Shown one piece after another: positions 54,009 through 57,294 of a stretch of 57,294 bases of DNA. This DNA is from a virus (Duplodnaviria; Caudoviricetes). How positions within the stretch are numbered: the stretch's first letter is position 1; each line of letters opens with the position of its first letter. Location: positions 1 through 57,294 of the IMG/VR virus record IMGVR_UViG_3300047457_001216; one strand, given 5' to 3'. Position numbers and translations under genes: made by a program. The notes under the pieces were generated by a model. That model saw only the letters and a program-made list of their open reading frames with translations. It had not been told where the DNA came from and did no database searches.

Positions 54009-54368
54009 ATGACCAGTCGCGACGATGTCACACTCGCTCGACGCTCGCTCAAATGGCCGGTGCCGGACCGGCTCAGGCAGGCCGCCGTCGAGATGCTCTG
54101 GGAGGCCATCGAAAACCCAGACGTTCACGTCCGCACCCGCATCGAAGCCGCTCGCACCGCCCTGCAGATGGACGCCCTGAACCTGCAGATCAGCATGGCA
54201 GAGAACGAAACACGGCCGGCGGCAAATGCCCCGGCCGTGATCTACATCCTGCCGCCCAACGGGTCAGAAGCCCCGGAGCCACCCCACGACGCTCCCCCGC
54301 TGATCGAGGCCGAGGGTGTTGTACCGCCCACCGACGGGGGCCTTGGAGATACACCAGCGGATCTCTGA
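54009..54368 (+). CDS. probable terminase small subunit
   Basis: Helical R-x-R-x-EAAR-x-x-L segment and C-terminal VIYILPPNG; follows VRR-NUC; no terS candidate next to terL. Confidence 0.5.
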   Translation: MTSRDDVTLARRSLKWPVPDRLRQAAVEMLWEAIENPDVHVRTRIEAARTALQMDALNLQISMAENETRPAANAPAVIYILPPNGSEAPEPPHDAPPLIEAEGVVPPTDGGLGDTPADL

Positions 54369-54776
54369 GCGATACCCCAGTTCATGCACCGCCTGCCATG
54401 CGCGCAACGGCACCACAAAGCCGCCATCCCGCAACTGAGCCGTCCCCAGCCGCTCGCTCTGGTACCAGTTGATTTCCGGGTGCTCCAGATGCACCATCCG
54501 CTCAACATGATTGATCTGATGGTCCATCCGCACAGACGGCAGATTGGTCACATAGCCTGCAGGATCCAGCAGACCCTCCACAAACTCCTCCAGCCGGCTG
54601 AAGTCCTGCGCTGCAGGCAGAGACACAGGCCACGCATTCTGCTTCCGGACCGCCACAAACGTCCGACAGTCCGTCAGGATCTGCCGCCGGTTATACAGAC
54701 CCACCGCCTGCTTCGAGTTGTTCGCCCGCCGCAGGATGTCACACACGCGGTCATACTCAGAGACGACTTTTGCCAC
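54264..54776 (-). CDS. hypothetical early protein
   Basis: GTG start after repeated TTCTGGAG RBS module. Confidence 0.7.
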   Translation of the reverse strand: MAKVVSEYDRVCDILRRANNSKQAVGLYNRRQILTDCRTFVAVRKQNAWPVSLPAAQDFSRLEEFVEGLLDPAGYVTNLPSVRMDHQINHVERMVHLEHPEINWYQSERLGTAQLRDGGFVVPLRAWQAVHELGYRSEIRWCISKAPVGGRYNTLGLDQRGSVVGWLRGF

Positions 54777-54840
54777 AGTACACACTCCAGAACAAAGGGT
54801 TGAAAGAAATCCCCCGGCTGCTGCTGCTGCCGGAGGGGGG

Positions 54841-55221
54841 TCAGTATTCGCCGGGCAACATCACGACAGCATGTTGCTGCTGCCAGACCTGAAATAACTT
54901 CAGGGTCTTATCCTCAGACACCTGCAGGTGGGTGAACAGGTCAGACCACGGGACTTCCTGAGTGATCAGCACCGTTTCATTCCCGTCCGTCGCCTGCACA
55001 GTCACGCCGCTGCCCCTCGGTGTGATGTGCCACGACACAAACTCACGCCGCATCAGTTCGCCGGCATACGACGCAATCAGGTCACCGAGCCAGTAGCAGT
55101 GACACTCCCGCATCAGGTACATCAGGCCTTCAGTGCCCACGTACCGCCGGTTTACGCTGAACCGCTCGAAGGTCTCAGAACCGCTGAACTGCTGCAGGTC
55201 AAACATCGAAATCATCGCCAT
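54841..55221 (-). CDS. DUF6876-like protein
   Basis: L-x-QFSGSE, TEG-x-x-YL, YWL-x-DLIASY, DGN, Q-x-V-x-x-SD, MLP-x-EY. Confidence 0.75.
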   Translation of the reverse strand: MAMISMFDLQQFSGSETFERFSVNRRYVGTEGLMYLMRECHCYWLGDLIASYAGELMRREFVSWHITPRGSGVTVQATDGNETVLITQEVPWSDLFTHLQVSEDKTLKLFQVWQQQHAVVMLPGEY

Positions 55222-55295
55222 CGTCTCCAGAAAAGGGTTACCACAAGGGGCCCGGGGCACACGCCCCGGGCTGCTGCTGCTGCCGGACGGGGGGG

Positions 55296-55502
55296 TCAGG
55301 CCTTCTGTTTCTTCTTCTTCGAGATCAGAGCTTCCCGGCCGATGATCATGCGGGGACTCATCCCCAACGGACCGATGCCGCAGTCCTGCATGTGATCGGG
55401 CTGAGCCTTCGCCCATTTGACCAACTGCTTTCGATCATCTGCAGGCAGATCCGCAAAACGCTTGAACGCATCCGCGAAATGCTCATTCACAGTCTTTGCC
55501 AC
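55296..55502 (-). CDS. hypothetical early protein
   Basis: GTG start; same RBS module as the gene at 54776. Confidence 0.7.
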   Translation of the reverse strand: MAKTVNEHFADAFKRFADLPADDRKQLVKWAKAQPDHMQDCGIGPLGMSPRMIIGREALISKKKKQKA

Positions 55503-55582
55503 AGTACACTCTCCAGAACAAAGGGTTACCACAAGGGGCCCGGGGCACAACGCCCCGGGCTGCTGCTGCTGCCGGAGGGGGG

Positions 55583-56335
55583 TCAGATCCCCGCCGGAGT
55601 TTCCTGAGGATTCACCACCACCGCTTTGGCCGGCCGACTGAACAGGCCGAAGGTGGGGTCTTTCTCGCTGGGCTCCATCGTCGCAGTGAACCGCACCACG
55701 TCGCCACGCTGCAGGCCACGCTGTTCCTCGACGTCGGCCGCCGGGTAGTCTTCAGTGGCTTCGTAACGCTTCACGTATCGGACGCAATCAATCGACGACG
55801 GCTGCGAACCGAAGTACAGGTTGCCCGTAGCCTGACACTTCACTGTCATCTTCCACGTGCAACCGTAGGCGCTCTCATACGCCTTCAGCTTCAGCACAGT
55901 TGCAACAATCTCGCGACGACCCGGAATGACTGGCTGCAGTTCGGCCCGCTGCTTTTCCTGCAGTTCAGCGAACGTCAGACGGCCGTGCCCCCGCTCTTCG
56001 TTGTGCTTCCGCTGACCCTCCAGTTTCGCCGCCTGCGCTGCTGCTGCTGCTGCCACCCGGTCAGCTCGACGCTTCTCCGCCTGCTGCTGCCGGCTGTACT
56101 CCAGACGGGCCCACTCCAACACCGGCACCCGCTTGTAAGAGTTGCGGGTGTCAGCACCCCAGCAGGCATAACAGACGCCACCGTCCTGCCAGTGGCCAGT
56201 GTTGCCGCTGCCACCACAACGACCGCAGGAGGTGGAGATAAGGACTTTCCCGTCCTGAATAAGGGTGCCGGGACGCTTGCAGAAAATGAACGCATAAGCC
56301 GCCAGAACATCAGGGACGGGGCTGAGCTTCGACAT
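55583..56335 (-). CDS. early protein: CxxCxGxG Zn-finger, coiled coil, OB-fold-like C-terminus
   Basis: CGRCGGSG...GVCYAC; GD-x-VRFTAT...FSRP. Confidence 0.75.
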   Translation of the reverse strand: MSKLSPVPDVLAAYAFIFCKRPGTLIQDGKVLISTSCGRCGGSGNTGHWQDGGVCYACWGADTRNSYKRVPVLEWARLEYSRQQQAEKRRADRVAAAAAAQAAKLEGQRKHNEERGHGRLTFAELQEKQRAELQPVIPGRREIVATVLKLKAYESAYGCTWKMTVKCQATGNLYFGSQPSSIDCVRYVKRYEATEDYPAADVEEQRGLQRGDVVRFTATMEPSEKDPTFGLFSRPAKAVVVNPQETPAGI

Positions 56336-56397
56336 TTGAACACTCCAGAACAGGGGTTGAGGAAATGCCCGGGGCACACGCCCCGGGCTGCTGTTGA

Positions 56398-56637
56398 TCA
56401 GTTATTCAGTTCAAGCCAGCAATGCGACAGGGCCCGCATCAGGTCCGTCATGCCAGAACTGGCTGCTGCTGCTGTCGGAGCCGTCAGCACCAACTCATCC
56501 AGCATGAACAGGGCGAGGGTCAGAGCCTCCGGCTCCAGACGGTCGGACATCGTCCGCACAAACTTTGCACGGATCCGGGACTTCTGGCAATCGCTCAAAG
56601 ACGGCTGAACGTCACGAGTTTTCAGGCGGCGAGGCAT
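56398..56637 (-). CDS. hypothetical early protein
   Basis: GGAG RBS; stop abuts repeat module. Confidence 0.65.
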   Translation of the reverse strand: MPRRLKTRDVQPSLSDCQKSRIRAKFVRTMSDRLEPEALTLALFMLDELVLTAPTAAAASSGMTDLMRALSHCWLELNN

Positions 56638-56659
56638 CGTAGGGACTCCGGCAAGGGGT

Positions 56660-56929
56660 TCAGCGAGAACGGACATCAACACCATAAACGCCCAACAGGT
56701 GCCGCATTCGCATCTGCGGCGAAACCTGCTCTGCTGCCACCGCTGCGACAGCGAACGCCCCGTGCAACTGCTGCAGGGTGTCGGTAATTCTGTCGATGCT
56801 CGACTCTGCCCCGCCGTCACCACGCAACGATAGGCGGACATTGTGCAGCAGGCAAAACATGTGCAAACGGTTGGAACAATCCTTCTGCATACGCTGCAGA
56901 ACGGCGGGATCAGGCAGCACGACACTCAT
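56660..56929 (-). CDS. hypothetical early protein
   Basis: First gene after - strand promoter; GGAG RBS. Confidence 0.65.
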   Translation of the reverse strand: MSVVLPDPAVLQRMQKDCSNRLHMFCLLHNVRLSLRGDGGAESSIDRITDTLQQLHGAFAVAAVAAEQVSPQMRMRHLLGVYGVDVRSR

Positions 56930-56973
56930 CAGAGCAGCTCCGGTAAAGGGGTTGAAGACTTCCACTGCGGAAG

Positions 56974-57001
56974 ATCATACCAGAGTGTTCGGCGTAGTCA
57001 A
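56974..57001 (-). promoter_or_regulatory. sigma70-type early promoter
   Basis: TTGACT-N16-TATGAT with extended TG on - strand. Confidence 0.7.
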
Positions 57002-57042
57002 CTGCAAACTTTACAGTTTTCTGAAAGATCGTCAAGGGCACG

Positions 57043-57068
57043 AAAAAACCCCGGATTGTGGCCGGGGT
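57043..57068 (-). terminator. hairpin with T-tract on - strand
   Basis: ACCCCGG/CCGGGGT stem next to an A6 run on +. Confidence 0.5.
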
Positions 57069-57294
57069 CTTTCCAGTGTATTCTTAGGGTGTGTTCTTTG
57101 CTGCTGCTGCTGATCAGGCGACTTTAACGCCACAGCACGGACTGACAACCCGACTACCGCCACAAAACACCCACGCGCCCCTTCCGCCCGTGGGGGAGGG
57201 GGATCTAGCAACCATTGCTCCGCAGGAATTGAGAGTCTGCGTCCTCGGGCACGTGGTTTGATTCTATGGCGGTGGCTGGGTGTATTGCAAACGG

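Larger units (their letters stand above)
54767..56401 (-). repeat. dispersed intergenic repeat modules between right-arm genes
   Basis: Copies at ~54767-54840, 55225-55295, 55494-55582, 56340-56397 share (CAG)n, a GC-rich hairpin and AACCC..TTCTGGAG. Confidence 0.9.

Noticed and set aside
54767-56401. Integron attC cassette array
   Set aside because: No integron integrase and no RYYYAAC/GTTRRRY-bounded sites recognised; kept only as an analogy
1-57294. Stop-codon reassignment or selenocysteine
   Set aside because: TGA, TAG and TAA all end genes at coupled junctions, and conserved proteins are full length in the standard code

Overview
The window looks like a near-complete ~57 kb genome of a tailed dsDNA phage of siphovirus type. 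No integrase, repressor, DNA polymerase, tRNA or CRISPR array was recognised. A Planctomycetota-like host is a weak inference only. Layout: small early genes at both ends, transcribed away from the window ends and separated by repeated hairpin+RBS modules (258-3041 +; 54264-57001 -); an 11-copy 32-bp palindrome-packed tandem array (3081-3429); terL, portal, protease, decoration protein, MCP, neck, tail tube, frameshifted chaperone, tape measure and tail tip (6293-23119); a radical SAM/SPASM gene plus 3-4 glycosyltransferases (23287-27539); a membrane CxxC protein, SNase, DUF1353, papain-like protease and membrane-anchored thioredoxin, with no recognisable endolysin (27536-31952); fibre genes (32051-35586); and replication/accessory genes (SSB-like, SNF2 helicase, Prim-Pol, DEDDh exonuclease, UvrD-like helicase, VRR-NUC, probable terS). 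The best candidate for a new system is virion chemical maturation. Shell and tail-tip proteins are very Cys-rich and carry acidic Ser-Gly tags, while the 1146-aa tape measure has no Cys. These genes sit next to glycosyltransferases, a radical SAM enzyme and a possible thioredoxin/VKOR-like disulfide relay. All calls come from reading motifs by eye; no database searches were run.
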